From a virus (Duplodnaviria; Caudoviricetes): 39,927 nt of DNA. How positions within the stretch are numbered: the stretch's first letter is position 1; each line of letters starts with the position of its first letter. The translations under genes were made by a program, and so were the position numbers. The notes under the pieces were generated by a model. That model saw only the letters and a program-made list of their open reading frames with translations. It searched no databases and was not told the DNA's origin. Positions 19,459-27,668 of this stretch are shown here, in pieces. The stretch spans positions 1-39,927 of IMG/VR virus record IMGVR_UViG_3300032327_000596; one strand, given 5' to 3'.

Positions 19459-19998
19459 ATGATAAAAGTACAACCAAAACCATTTGTTAGCCCAACTGGG
19501 AAAACAATTAACATTGTAGGAATCAATGCTAAATTCATTAATGAATTTCCTGTTACAGTAAGTCCTATAACTAGCTTTCAATTCTATATAGAATTTGTAA
19601 CAGAAACTGGTGAGAGAAGAGATGTTATTAATGCTTCTTCAGATGAGTTCTACACTTTTTTAGTTTCTCAAGGAATTCCAGAAGAAGAAGTAAAAGTAAC
19701 ACTTGATCAAACTTTTGCTGCATTATTAGCAGGAACAAAAGAACAAAAATATCAAGCTATTTCAGGACTTGTTAGTTTTTACGGATACACAATGTTACCT
19801 ATAGAAGAACAAGAAGGACAATCTCCAATTGTAGAAGTTCCTGAAGAGCCAGTAGTTGAACCAGTAGTTACTGACCCTATTGTAGAAACACCAATAGTAG
19901 AGCCTATTATAGATCCAGTAATTGAACCCATAACTGAAGAACCTATAGTAGTCCCAGTAGAAGAACCTGTTATAGAACCTGCTGTAATCAATGGATAA
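19459..19998 (+). CDS. Hypothetical protein with acidic Pro/Val/Ile repeat tail
   Basis: C-terminal (E/D)P(V/I)(V/I) repeats. Confidence 0.7.
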   Translation: MIKVQPKPFVSPTGKTINIVGINAKFINEFPVTVSPITSFQFYIEFVTETGERRDVINASSDEFYTFLVSQGIPEEEVKVTLDQTFAALLAGTKEQKYQAISGLVSFYGYTMLPIEEQEGQSPIVEVPEEPVVEPVVTDPIVETPIVEPIIDPVIEPITEEPIVVPVEEPVIEPAVING

Positions 19999-20380
19999 AA
20001 TAGTAGTTACATATAGAGAAGGTATAGATGATAAACCAGATTGGTGGGAATTGTTTATACCTTTATATATGCAACTTTCAGATGGAAATAAAATATGTAT
20101 TCCTGCAGGATATATAACAGATTTTGCTAGTATACCTCCTATTCTTTGGTCTTTATTTCCTCCTATTGGTAAATACAATAGAGCATCTCTAGTACATGAT
20201 TATTTATATGATACTCAATACAAACAAAATGAATTAGGTGAAAATATAGCAAGAAAGTTTGCCGATGATGAATTTTTAAGAATTGCAAACACTAGTGATC
20301 CAAAAAGTAAAACTAGACATTACATTATGTATTTAATGATAAGATGGTTTGGAAAAAGTGCATGGAAAAGTTTAAAATAA
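19991..20380 (+). CDS. DUF1353 family protein
   Basis: IPAGYITDFASIP..LW...PP.G.Y..A.LVHDYLY...R..AD..F. Confidence 0.85.
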   Translation: MDKIVVTYREGIDDKPDWWELFIPLYMQLSDGNKICIPAGYITDFASIPPILWSLFPPIGKYNRASLVHDYLYDTQYKQNELGENIARKFADDEFLRIANTSDPKSKTRHYIMYLMIRWFGKSAWKSLK

Positions 20381-20381
20381 A

Positions 20382-20413
20382 ATTGTAATTTTCAATATTT
20401 CATTATATATTTA
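20382..20413 (+). promoter_or_regulatory. Possible Bacteroidota-type promoter
   Basis: ATTG-20 nt-TATATTTA versus consensus TTTG-(19-21)-TAnnTTTG; weak evidence in AT-rich DNA. Confidence 0.3.
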
Positions 20414-20436
20414 CGCAAACCAAAAAAAGTATAAAC

Positions 20437-20697
20437 ATGAAGATTCTAAAAAACGAAGAACCGCAAGTTCAAGAAGTACCAACATTTGATCCAAGTAAAA
20501 AATATACTTGGAAATTAGATTCAGAATTCTCATTATCAGGAAATGATTTTGGAATTTTATTGAACTCATTACGTGCTATTTTATCAACAGAAGAAGCACA
20601 ACGTGTATTGTTAGCTGATAAAGCTAGTCAGATTATGGAAGGTGTATTAGCAAAAGCCGTAGAGAACGGTGATGTTGTAGAAGCTTCCGAAGAGTAA
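20437..20697 (+). CDS. Hypothetical protein
   Basis: 86-aa ORF with typical codon usage. Confidence 0.7.
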   Translation: MKILKNEEPQVQEVPTFDPSKKYTWKLDSEFSLSGNDFGILLNSLRAILSTEEAQRVLLADKASQIMEGVLAKAVENGDVVEASEE

Positions 20698-20704
20698 TAT
20701 ACTT

Positions 20705-20830
20705 CTCCTGCATCTCGTAAGATCTGCACGCTGAGGATGAGTAACTTGGTGTACAACAAGCCTCTTAAAGAAGTATTCTTAACTGTACCTAGGTTGCATC
20801 CCGTAAGATCTGCTCCTAGGTCTTTTTTTT
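20705..20830 (+). ncRNA. Candidate structured RNA with duplicated 19-nt motif, ending in a terminator
   Basis: TGCATC(T/C)CGTAAGATCTGC at 20709-20727 and 20795-20813; the second copy is enclosed by ACCTAGG/CCTAGGT and followed by T8. Confidence 0.45.
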
Positions 20831-20835
20831 AAAAT

Positions 20836-21066
20836 ATGATCTACGAACCAACAAATAGAATTGAAGTAACTACACCTAAAGGAGATGGTACTGTATGGTA
20901 TTTAATAGATTATGGATATGAATCTGATACAGTTTATACAATAATAATAAATGCCACTGGAGAACTTTGGCAATTTACTAATCGTCAAATAAGAGTTAAA
21001 TCAAATATTACATTTAATAGAAATGGCAAAGGACAAGAATTGGATTCAGAAAGCAGTAAATCCTAA
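20836..21066 (+). CDS. Hypothetical protein
   Basis: 76-aa ORF, VTTPKGDG..WYLIDYG.E.D. Confidence 0.7.
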   Translation: MIYEPTNRIEVTTPKGDGTVWYLIDYGYESDTVYTIIINATGELWQFTNRQIRVKSNITFNRNGKGQELDSESSKS

Positions 21067-21172
21067 ACATAAAGGATTTTGTACTCCTATGACTAAAGCT
21101 ACTTGTACTCCTAAACGTAAAGCATTAGCAAAAACTTTTAAAGCTATGGGTAGTGCCCGTAAAGGTAAATAA
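21023..21172 (+). CDS. Small basic protein (49 aa, not in ORF track)
   Basis: MAKDKNWIQKAVNPKHKGFCTPMTKATCTPKRKALAKTFKAMGSARKGK. Confidence 0.7.
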   Translation: MAKDKNWIQKAVNPKHKGFCTPMTKATCTPKRKALAKTFKAMGSARKGK

Positions 21173-21173
21173 A

Positions 21174-21329
21174 ATGGCAAAAATAACACCAGTACCTAAT
21201 GGATCTTTAATTAAAAAGAATGGATCATCTCTAAAGAATGGTGGTAAGATAAGCTGTTGGACTGGATATGTTAAGAAAGGAACAAAGAAGAAAGGTGGTA
21301 AAACTGTTAATAATTGTGTAAAGAAATAA
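21174..21329 (+). CDS. Small basic protein (51 aa, not in ORF track)
   Basis: MAKITPVP...LKNGGKISCWTGYVKKGTKKKGGKTVNNCVKK. Confidence 0.7.
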   Translation: MAKITPVPNGSLIKKNGSSLKNGGKISCWTGYVKKGTKKKGGKTVNNCVKK

Positions 21330-21592
21330 TGGCAAATAAACCTATAATTAAAAAAGCTAAGAATGGTGCTTGGACTCGTAAGGAAGGACAAAGTCCGACG
21401 GGTGGACTTAATGCTAAAGGTAGAGCTTCTTTAAAAGCAGAAGGACATAATATAAAACCTCCTCAACCTAATGGAGGTCCTAGAAAAAAATCATATTGTG
21501 CTAGAAGTGCAGGGCAAATGAAAATGTTCCCTAAAGCTGCAAATGATCCTAATAGTAGATTAAGATTAGCAAGAAAAAAATGGAAATGTTGA
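21329..21592 (+). CDS. Small basic protein, DUF6321-like
   Basis: AWTRKEG.SPTGGLNAKGRAS...RKKSYCARS.G...DPNSRL..A.KKWKC; start at the TAATG overlap 21329. Confidence 0.75.
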   Translation: MANKPIIKKAKNGAWTRKEGQSPTGGLNAKGRASLKAEGHNIKPPQPNGGPRKKSYCARSAGQMKMFPKAANDPNSRLRLARKKWKC

Positions 21593-21593
21593 T

Positions 21594-22217
21594 ATGATAT
21601 TAGATATTACTTCTTCTGATAAAAATAAATACTTTCGTAAAAACTCTAAACATGGAGTTATTTACAAAATTACTAATCTTATAAATGGTGAGTTCTACAT
21701 AGGTAGTTCAACAAATTTATACAAGCGATATTATACTCATCTCAATGATATGAGAAATCAAAGAAAGACTTGTGTAAGATTAAACAGAGCAGTTAATAAA
21801 TATGGTGAAGATAATTTCAAGTTTCAAATAATTGCAAGATGTCCTATGGAGTATGTAATTAGACTAGAACAATGGTTTATTTCTAATTCATATCCTCAGT
21901 ATAATATTGCTAAGATTGCAGGAAGTAATTTAGGTATAAAGAGATCACAAGAAGTAAAACTTGAAAGATCTATTATTCAAAAGAAAAATTGGGATGATGT
22001 CGAATATAGAAAACATCATCTTGAGAAGCTATCTGAGAATTGGAAACACGGATCTAATCATAAAGGAGCAAAAATAGATGAGTCCAAAGTTATAAAAATT
22101 AAGATTTTGTTAAAAGAATGTGTAAGTTCTGTTAATATATCTAATGAATTAAAAGTTAGTTTATATATAGTTAAAGACATTAAACGAGGTAAAACCTGGA
22201 AACATGTTAATATATGA
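21594..22217 (+). CDS. Free-standing GIY-YIG homing endonuclease
   Basis: GVIYKITNLINGEFYIGSS.NL..R...H...L..A.NKYG..NF...EQ....YN; C-terminal HTH-like IKRGKTWKHV. Confidence 0.9.
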   Translation: MILDITSSDKNKYFRKNSKHGVIYKITNLINGEFYIGSSTNLYKRYYTHLNDMRNQRKTCVRLNRAVNKYGEDNFKFQIIARCPMEYVIRLEQWFISNSYPQYNIAKIAGSNLGIKRSQEVKLERSIIQKKNWDDVEYRKHHLEKLSENWKHGSNHKGAKIDESKVIKIKILLKECVSSVNISNELKVSLYIVKDIKRGKTWKHVNI

Positions 22218-22354
22218 AAAAGAAAGTAAATAAATTAGGAGTTGAAAACTCCCTTTGGAACAACATTCGTGCTAACAAAGGGTCAGGTAAAAAACCTACA
22301 CCTCAAATGATTAAGCAAGAAAAGAAAATTAAATCTGAAACTAAAAAGAAATAA
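22214..22354 (+). CDS. Small basic protein (46 aa, not in ORF track)
   Basis: MKKKVNKLGVENSLWNNIRANKGSGKKPTPQMIKQEKKIKSETKKK; ATGA overlap with the upstream gene. Confidence 0.7.
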   Translation: MKKKVNKLGVENSLWNNIRANKGSGKKPTPQMIKQEKKIKSETKKK

Positions 22355-22358
22355 TAAA

Positions 22359-22778
22359 ATGGCAACAATGTCTAAAGCAAAGAATGTATCTGCTGGTGTT
22401 TCTCCTCAGAACAAAAAGAAAATGGGACCTGTAGATCCTAAAGGAGCCTATACTAAAGTACAAGAACGTACTATTGGTAAAATGAAAATGGGTGGGACAA
22501 TGAAAAAAGATGAAGACAATTCTTCATTTGCTAAACTTGCACCTCCTTACAATAAAGCTACGTTTGCTGATAAGATTGCTGGTGCTAATAAAGGTAAAGC
22601 TAAAAATGGTACAGCTATGCATAAAATGCCTAACGGATCTATGATGAAGAATTCTATGATGGAAATGGGTGGATCTTTAAAGAAGCCTTCTGCTGATCAG
22701 AAAGGTTTGAAGAAACTTCCTAAACCTGTAAGAAATAAGATGGGATATCAAAAAAATGGTGGTAAAATGATTAAATAA
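22359..22778 (+). CDS. Lys/Met-rich low-complexity protein
   Basis: Repeated KMGG/EMGG/KNGG motifs. Confidence 0.75.
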   Translation: MATMSKAKNVSAGVSPQNKKKMGPVDPKGAYTKVQERTIGKMKMGGTMKKDEDNSSFAKLAPPYNKATFADKIAGANKGKAKNGTAMHKMPNGSMMKNSMMEMGGSLKKPSADQKGLKKLPKPVRNKMGYQKNGGKMIK

Positions 22779-22786
22779 TAAATAAT

Positions 22787-23062
22787 ATGAAAAAGATGAT
22801 GACTAAAACTGCTCCTAAAAAAATGGCTGGAGCTATGAAAAAACAAGCTGCTACAGCAATTGCTATGAAGGAAGATGGTAAGTCTCCTAAAAAAATGATG
22901 CAGTATGGTGGCAAAGCTGCTTCTATGAAACCTACAGGTATGAAGAAAGCTGCAATGGGTACAAGTATGAAAAAAAGTCCTATGATGGCAAGTTCTACTA
23001 TGGATAGCCCTATGATAAAGAAAGGTGGTTCTATGAAAAAGTGTGGAGGTGGTTGTAAATAA
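22787..23062 (+). CDS. Lys/Met-rich low-complexity protein
   Basis: About 22 Lys and 17 Met in 91 aa; QYGG/KKGG/KCGG motifs. Confidence 0.75.
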   Translation: MKKMMTKTAPKKMAGAMKKQAATAIAMKEDGKSPKKMMQYGGKAASMKPTGMKKAAMGTSMKKSPMMASSTMDSPMIKKGGSMKKCGGGCK

Positions 23063-23063
23063 T

Positions 23064-23219
23064 ATGACATCAGGTAAAGCTAAAAAATCAGGTAAGCCTA
23101 AGATGGCTCCTAAGGTGAATAACCCTAACCCTAAAGGTAACTTTATGAAAGAGGCTGATACACCTTCAAGACTTAAAAGTTCAATGCTTCCAATGAAGCA
23201 AAAGAGACTTAGTAAATAA
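23064..23219 (+). CDS. Small basic protein (51 aa, not in ORF track)
   Basis: MTSGKAKKSGKPKMAPKVNNPNPKGNFMKEADTPSRLKSSMLPMKQKRLSK. Confidence 0.7.
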   Translation: MTSGKAKKSGKPKMAPKVNNPNPKGNFMKEADTPSRLKSSMLPMKQKRLSK

Positions 23220-23259
23220 TTTCATTGTTTTGAGTTTTTTGTGATTAATTTGAAAATGT

Positions 23260-23287
23260 AAAAAGGCTCCTTTTGGGAGCCCTTTTT
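23260..23287. terminator. Bidirectional intrinsic terminator at the strand convergence point
   Basis: AAAAA-GGCTCC-TTTTG-GGAGCC-CTTTTT between convergent gene blocks. Confidence 0.85.
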
Positions 23288-23289
23288 CT

Positions 23290-23967
23290 TTATAAAATTT
23301 GTGAATAATAATCATTATCAAAATGAGGATTTAATTTAACTTCTCCAGATATATTATCTAAAACTAGATCCGCTTGATTAAGTATTATTTCATTTGGTTG
23401 ATTACCCATTCCAGATATATGAAATGTAGACATTCCCCAACGATAACACATTGTATGTTTAAGTTTTGATTCATATATTTTTGCATCATGATGAAATGTT
23501 ATATCTGCATCTTCTCCAACACTTGTATTTGGCCATATAATTCTACTTAAATATGTTTTAGTATAAATGTTTCCATTGTTTATATTAGAATTTTCTTTTT
23601 CATATATATTATTAACAAAAAAATACATTCCTTCACTTCTATAAACATCATTTCCAGGATTACTATTTATATCTTTTTCTACATTTTGTAATGCCCAAGG
23701 TGTCAATAAATCATCATCATCTAATCTGTATATATATTCATATTTACATTTTTCAAATCCCCATTTAAGTTTAGCAGCTATAGAAATAAATCTTTCTTTA
23801 TGATTTATAATTCTTATTTTAGGATGATCATATATATAATCAACACTAAGATTATCATTTATTATAACCATTTCGCATTCTGGTGGAAATTCTTGTGCAA
23901 GAAATGATTGCACTGCTTCTTCTAACAGATGGTGTCTTTTATATGTAAGAGTTAATACTGATATCAT
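23290..23967 (-). CDS. Glycosyltransferase family 2
   Basis: ISVLTLTY.R..LL.EAV.SFL.Q...EMVIIND...RLDDDD...GED. Confidence 0.85.
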   Translation of the reverse strand: MISVLTLTYKRHHLLEEAVQSFLAQEFPPECEMVIINDNLSVDYIYDHPKIRIINHKERFISIAAKLKWGFEKCKYEYIYRLDDDDLLTPWALQNVEKDINSNPGNDVYRSEGMYFFVNNIYEKENSNINNGNIYTKTYLSRIIWPNTSVGEDADITFHHDAKIYESKLKHTMCYRWGMSTFHISGMGNQPNEIILNQADLVLDNISGEVKLNPHFDNDYYSQIL

Positions 23968-24731
23968 TTTGGTTTAATTAAGCCGTTATCAAAGTAGGTT
24001 GGTAATATAATCCAATCTTTACAATATATGTTCATCCATTCAGAAGGACCCTCTGGTCCAAACCATGTTTCTGGTGCAATAACAATCTTATTAGAATATC
24101 TTGATAAATAAGCTGCCCACCAACTAAATGATGAATTAGATATAACAAAATAATGACACATAGATATTATCCATAATTGTTCTTCTATTTTCCATTCTTC
24201 TAAATAAATTGCATTAGGTATATTTAAATTTTCCTTACACCATTTAATATCATCACTAGCAATTAAATATTGTTTTGAAGGTAACAATTTAAGTGCTTTA
24301 AATATGTACTCAGATGTAACTGTAGGATGGTAATTTGGTAAATCTAAATAATCACCTCTTCTAACATGGATTACTGTCATCTCTGTATTAAAGATGACAG
24401 GAATCTTTGTACGTATTGTATCTATAAATTCTTTTGGAGGAGAAAATAATGATTTAACTGCTTCGCTATATTTTTCAAAATAAGAATTGCTTTGAAAGTA
24501 TCCATCATATATAGTTACATCATGATTATTGACATCACTAGGATAATCTATATATAAGTCTAATTTTCTAAATATATTATTTTTAAAATCAGCCATATGT
24601 CCTACTTGTTTAGCAGGAACTATAAGTTGTCTATTTTCATCTAAAGCTCTAGCATAAGCATGTGCTATCATAAATAAATTATTACCTAATCTTCCTCCTA
24701 ATGAAGGTATGATACAATTATTTGTTAACAT
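23964..24731 (-). CDS. Alpha-1,2-fucosyltransferase-like (GT11)
   Basis: GRLGNNLF, GYFQS..YF, IHVRRGDY, SDDIKWC, ISNSSFSWWAAYL. Confidence 0.9.
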   Translation of the reverse strand: MLTNNCIIPSLGGRLGNNLFMIAHAYARALDENRQLIVPAKQVGHMADFKNNIFRKLDLYIDYPSDVNNHDVTIYDGYFQSNSYFEKYSEAVKSLFSPPKEFIDTIRTKIPVIFNTEMTVIHVRRGDYLDLPNYHPTVTSEYIFKALKLLPSKQYLIASDDIKWCKENLNIPNAIYLEEWKIEEQLWIISMCHYFVISNSSFSWWAAYLSRYSNKIVIAPETWFGPEGPSEWMNIYCKDWIILPTYFDNGLIKPK

Positions 24732-25019
24732 CTACCAAATAAGGATTACATCAAATATTGAAATTAATAATTTATTATCTTCTCCCATAGGAATAACAAA
24801 AGCTTTAGATAAAGCTGCTGGATCCACTAAAATCTCATCTCCTACATTAATGTCTGTAATAGCATCACCCACTGCATGTACTGTGAGATTTTGATACTTT
24901 GCTAACATTTCTCTTTCAAGAGCTTCTTTTGTGTTATCATCGACAATTAGTTTACCTTCTTCTTTCTTAGGAAGATCTAGCAATATTCTATTGCCACGTA
25001 ATGATTTAAAGTTTGTCAT
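24732..25019 (-). CDS. Co-chaperonin GroES-like protein
   Basis: L.GNRILL...V.AVG.....I.VGDEILV...I...DV; 95 aa. Confidence 0.7.
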   Translation of the reverse strand: MTNFKSLRGNRILLDLPKKEEGKLIVDDNTKEALEREMLAKYQNLTVHAVGDAITDINVGDEILVDPAALSKAFVIPMGEDNKLLISIFDVILIW

Positions 25020-25381
25020 TTTATTATTGGTTTATTTGTTTTTCTTTCTTTTTGAATTAACTCAGAATAAAAATATATTGTTATAGGTATAATAGGACTA
25101 ATTATGTTCATTGCTACAAACTGTTGTGTAAATCCTGCTTCAAACCAATAGTTTAAAATATTGACACTCCAAGAAACTATACCAAAAAATATAGCTGTAT
25201 TCTTTTTACCATACATAGTAAATAAATATACACTTGCTTCTAAACTTACAGCAAATACCCAGCTCATTATTAATGAATAAGTTCCAGGAGATGATAAAAT
25301 ATAAAATACATGAGCAGCATGATTTATTTGTGTTAATAATGCACAAATAATTGTAATTCTAATTAGTGTTCTTTTGTCCAT
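25016..25381 (-). CDS. Four-helix membrane protein
   Basis: Four hydrophobic segments. Confidence 0.65.
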   Translation of the reverse strand: MDKRTLIRITIICALLTQINHAAHVFYILSSPGTYSLIMSWVFAVSLEASVYLFTMYGKKNTAIFFGIVSWSVNILNYWFEAGFTQQFVAMNIISPIIPITIYFYSELIQKERKTNKPIIK

Positions 25382-25385
25382 AACT

Positions 25386-25994
25386 TTAGTTATTATATTC
25401 GTGGTCTAAAATTTTTCCTACTAAATCTGATCTATGATAATCATCATTTAATATTTTTTTAATTTTATTTAAAATTTTATATTTAGCATTTAAAGATAAA
25501 CATTCTTTATATCCAGGAAATTTTACCATTGGAATATATTTAAATTTTTCTCTTAACTTTATTAATATATCTCTTTCTATAATTGTACCTTCTTCAACTG
25601 TGCAAGGAAATATTAATAAAGATGAAACATTATATTTACTTTTTGTTTTAATATTTTTATGCCTATTGTGTACTTCTTTAGATATTCCTACTTTAATAAA
25701 AGATTCATCATCTGAATATAAATTTATAATATATAAATCTATGGGTTTATTTTTATTTTCATCTAATAAAGAATCTTTCATGTTATAATTAAACTTATCT
25801 TCTTCAGAACATATTCTACAACCATGGTTTCCTATATGATCATTAGGCGTTTGATAAAAACTACCATGTCTTTTACATACAATTTCTACTTTTGTTTTAT
25901 TGTTTAAATATAATACTTTTGAGTAATTATATTTATTACCATGTAGTTTTATACTAGTCTCTACAAATTCTTCTTTAGTTTTTTTCTTAGGCAT
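25386..25994 (-). CDS. Putative homing endonuclease (DUF723-like Zn module + GIY-YIG-like domain)
   Basis: HGNKYNYSKV.Y....KV.I.CKRHG.F.Q.P..H...GC..C, then LYII...FIKVGIS....R. Confidence 0.75.
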   Translation of the reverse strand: MPKKKTKEEFVETSIKLHGNKYNYSKVLYLNNKTKVEIVCKRHGSFYQTPNDHIGNHGCRICSEEDKFNYNMKDSLLDENKNKPIDLYIINLYSDDESFIKVGISKEVHNRHKNIKTKSKYNVSSLLIFPCTVEEGTIIERDILIKLREKFKYIPMVKFPGYKECLSLNAKYKILNKIKKILNDDYHRSDLVGKILDHEYNN

Positions 25995-26646
25995 TTTTTT
26001 CTAAAAAATCAATAATAGTTGTTAATATTGGATTTCTATGATTAGACTTTAGTGTTTTATACCCAACTAGTCCTGATTCTTCAAGTTTCATTGTACTATA
26101 TATACAACTATTTTTACCTAATTTTTTATCAATTTGTTGTTTAGATCCACAAAATATCATTTTACTTTCCTTTCCTAATCTAGTTATAATTGTTCTAAAG
26201 TCATTGTAATCCATATCTTGATACTCATCAACTATGACAACTGAATTTATAAATGTACAACCTTTTGCAACTTCTACAGGCATAATTTTTATCATCCCTT
26301 CTTTTTGCATTTTTTCTGTTAGTTCTTTACCTTGACACACTTCTAAATTTTGAATTATAGGAAATACCCAAGGAGCAAGTTTTTCTTCTAGTTCTCCAGG
26401 TAATGCTCCTAATTTGTTAGGTAACATTGGTCTAGTAATCCAAATATTATTAAATTGCTTTTTCCTAAAAGAAATCAATGCTGTATGTACTGCAGCTAAT
26501 GATTTTCCTGAACCAAAATCTCCATGTAAAAAACATACATCGTATTCATGAAACAACTTCACAAATTCTTTCTGTTCATCATTTAAATCTACTTTTAATT
26601 TAGGCTCTGTCTTAAGAGTTCTTTTTTCTTTGTTCTCTACTTTCAT
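25987..26646 (-). CDS. phoH: PhoH family ATPase
   Basis: GDFGSGKS, ITRP, LGALPG...EKLAPW, G.TF....VIVDE.Q, TRLG, G...Q.D, NHRNP. Confidence 0.9.
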   Translation of the reverse strand: MKVENKEKRTLKTEPKLKVDLNDEQKEFVKLFHEYDVCFLHGDFGSGKSLAAVHTALISFRKKQFNNIWITRPMLPNKLGALPGELEEKLAPWVFPIIQNLEVCQGKELTEKMQKEGMIKIMPVEVAKGCTFINSVVIVDEYQDMDYNDFRTIITRLGKESKMIFCGSKQQIDKKLGKNSCIYSTMKLEESGLVGYKTLKSNHRNPILTTIIDFLEKNA

Positions 26647-27050
26647 AAATTGTATTTAAGATTTAATTGATTACGTCTTTCATTAATTTTTTCATATCTG
26701 TACATATCATTTTCAACATCTGTATGCTCATCTAGTGTCAAAAGTATAATATTTTCTTTATCTAGGCAAGCTTCTGGATATTTACTTTTAGGTAATACGT
26801 GATGAAAGTATGTACTCATTGCTTCATTTCCTAGATATGTACCACTAACTTCACTACAATGCTTTCTTTCTTTCCATATCTCTAAAAAGAAATTATGAGT
26901 TGCTATTGTATTGACTTTTTTATCTATTTTATTCTGTTGAGTTTTCACAGAATTTGTTATCTTACTTATTGGCTTTTTGGGAATGTGATTTTTACACATT
27001 CCCTTAGACCAAACTCTATTATTGCAACCTTCTACATCACACTGCTTCAT
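26643..27050 (-). CDS. HNH-like nuclease with N-terminal Cys motif
   Basis: C.VEGC......GMC..H; SEVSG...FHHVLPKSKYP....ENIILLT..EH. Confidence 0.65.
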   Translation of the reverse strand: MKQCDVEGCNNRVWSKGMCKNHIPKKPISKITNSVKTQQNKIDKKVNTIATHNFFLEIWKERKHCSEVSGTYLGNEAMSTYFHHVLPKSKYPEACLDKENIILLTLDEHTDVENDMYRYEKINERRNQLNLKYNL

Positions 27051-27259
27051 ATTTTATTTATCTCTCTTTCTATATACCATAAAGCCTTCATTAAATCTTG
27101 TTTTTTATTTTCTTTCTTATCTGCTCTAAGTATATACTTAACTGCATTAGCTAAAGCAAATCCTAAATTATAATCTTCAATAATATCTATAACTTCTAAT
27201 TTGTTTCCTCTGTAATGAGAAGGATGATTTATCATCTCTTTAGTTTCCACTTGATCCAT
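27047..27259 (-). CDS. DUF3310 family protein
   Basis: INHPSHY....EVIDII....F...NAVKYI.RA..K....QDL.KA.WY. Confidence 0.9.
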   Translation of the reverse strand: MDQVETKEMINHPSHYRGNKLEVIDIIEDYNLGFALANAVKYILRADKKENKKQDLMKALWYIEREINKI

Positions 27260-27665
27260 ATGCTTTTGTATTTCTTTCTGTTTCTGATAATTGTTCTACT
27301 TCTATATATTTAATTAATGGTATAGGTACAATTACCAATTGAGCAATACGATCACCTATACTATAAATATCATTTGAGTAAGTATTGGTAATAATAAATG
27401 TAGCCATAATTTCTCCAGTAAATCCTGAATCAATAACTCCTACTGAATTACTCAGTATTAAATCTTTATTTCTTATAGAGCTTCTAGGAAAGATTAATCC
27501 CACCATACCTTCTGGAATTTCAACTGCTAGTCCTGTACCATATATTACTTGTTCAGGTCTTGATAAATCAACAGAAGTTGCGGTCAAATCAGCACCTGCA
27601 TCTGTTTTATGTGCAAACTTAGGAGAGATTGCATCAACGTGTAATTTTTTAAATTTGACTACCAT
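27240..27665 (-). CDS. dut: Trimeric dUTPase
   Basis: AGADL, PRSS, NSVGVIDSGFTGEI, GDRIAQL, R...AYGSSG. Confidence 0.93.
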   Translation of the reverse strand: MVVKFKKLHVDAISPKFAHKTDAGADLTATSVDLSRPEQVIYGTGLAVEIPEGMVGLIFPRSSIRNKDLILSNSVGVIDSGFTGEIMATFIITNTYSNDIYSIGDRIAQLVIVPIPLIKYIEVEQLSETERNTKAYGSSGN

Positions 27666-27668
27666 GAA

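Noticed and set aside
20731-20790. Hammerhead ribozyme suggested by CTGAGGA (CUGANGA)
   Set aside because: No downstream GAAA core or compatible three-stem arrangement.
20709-20813. Mini CRISPR array
   Set aside because: Only two 19-nt copies with a 67-nt structured spacer, and no cas genes in the window.
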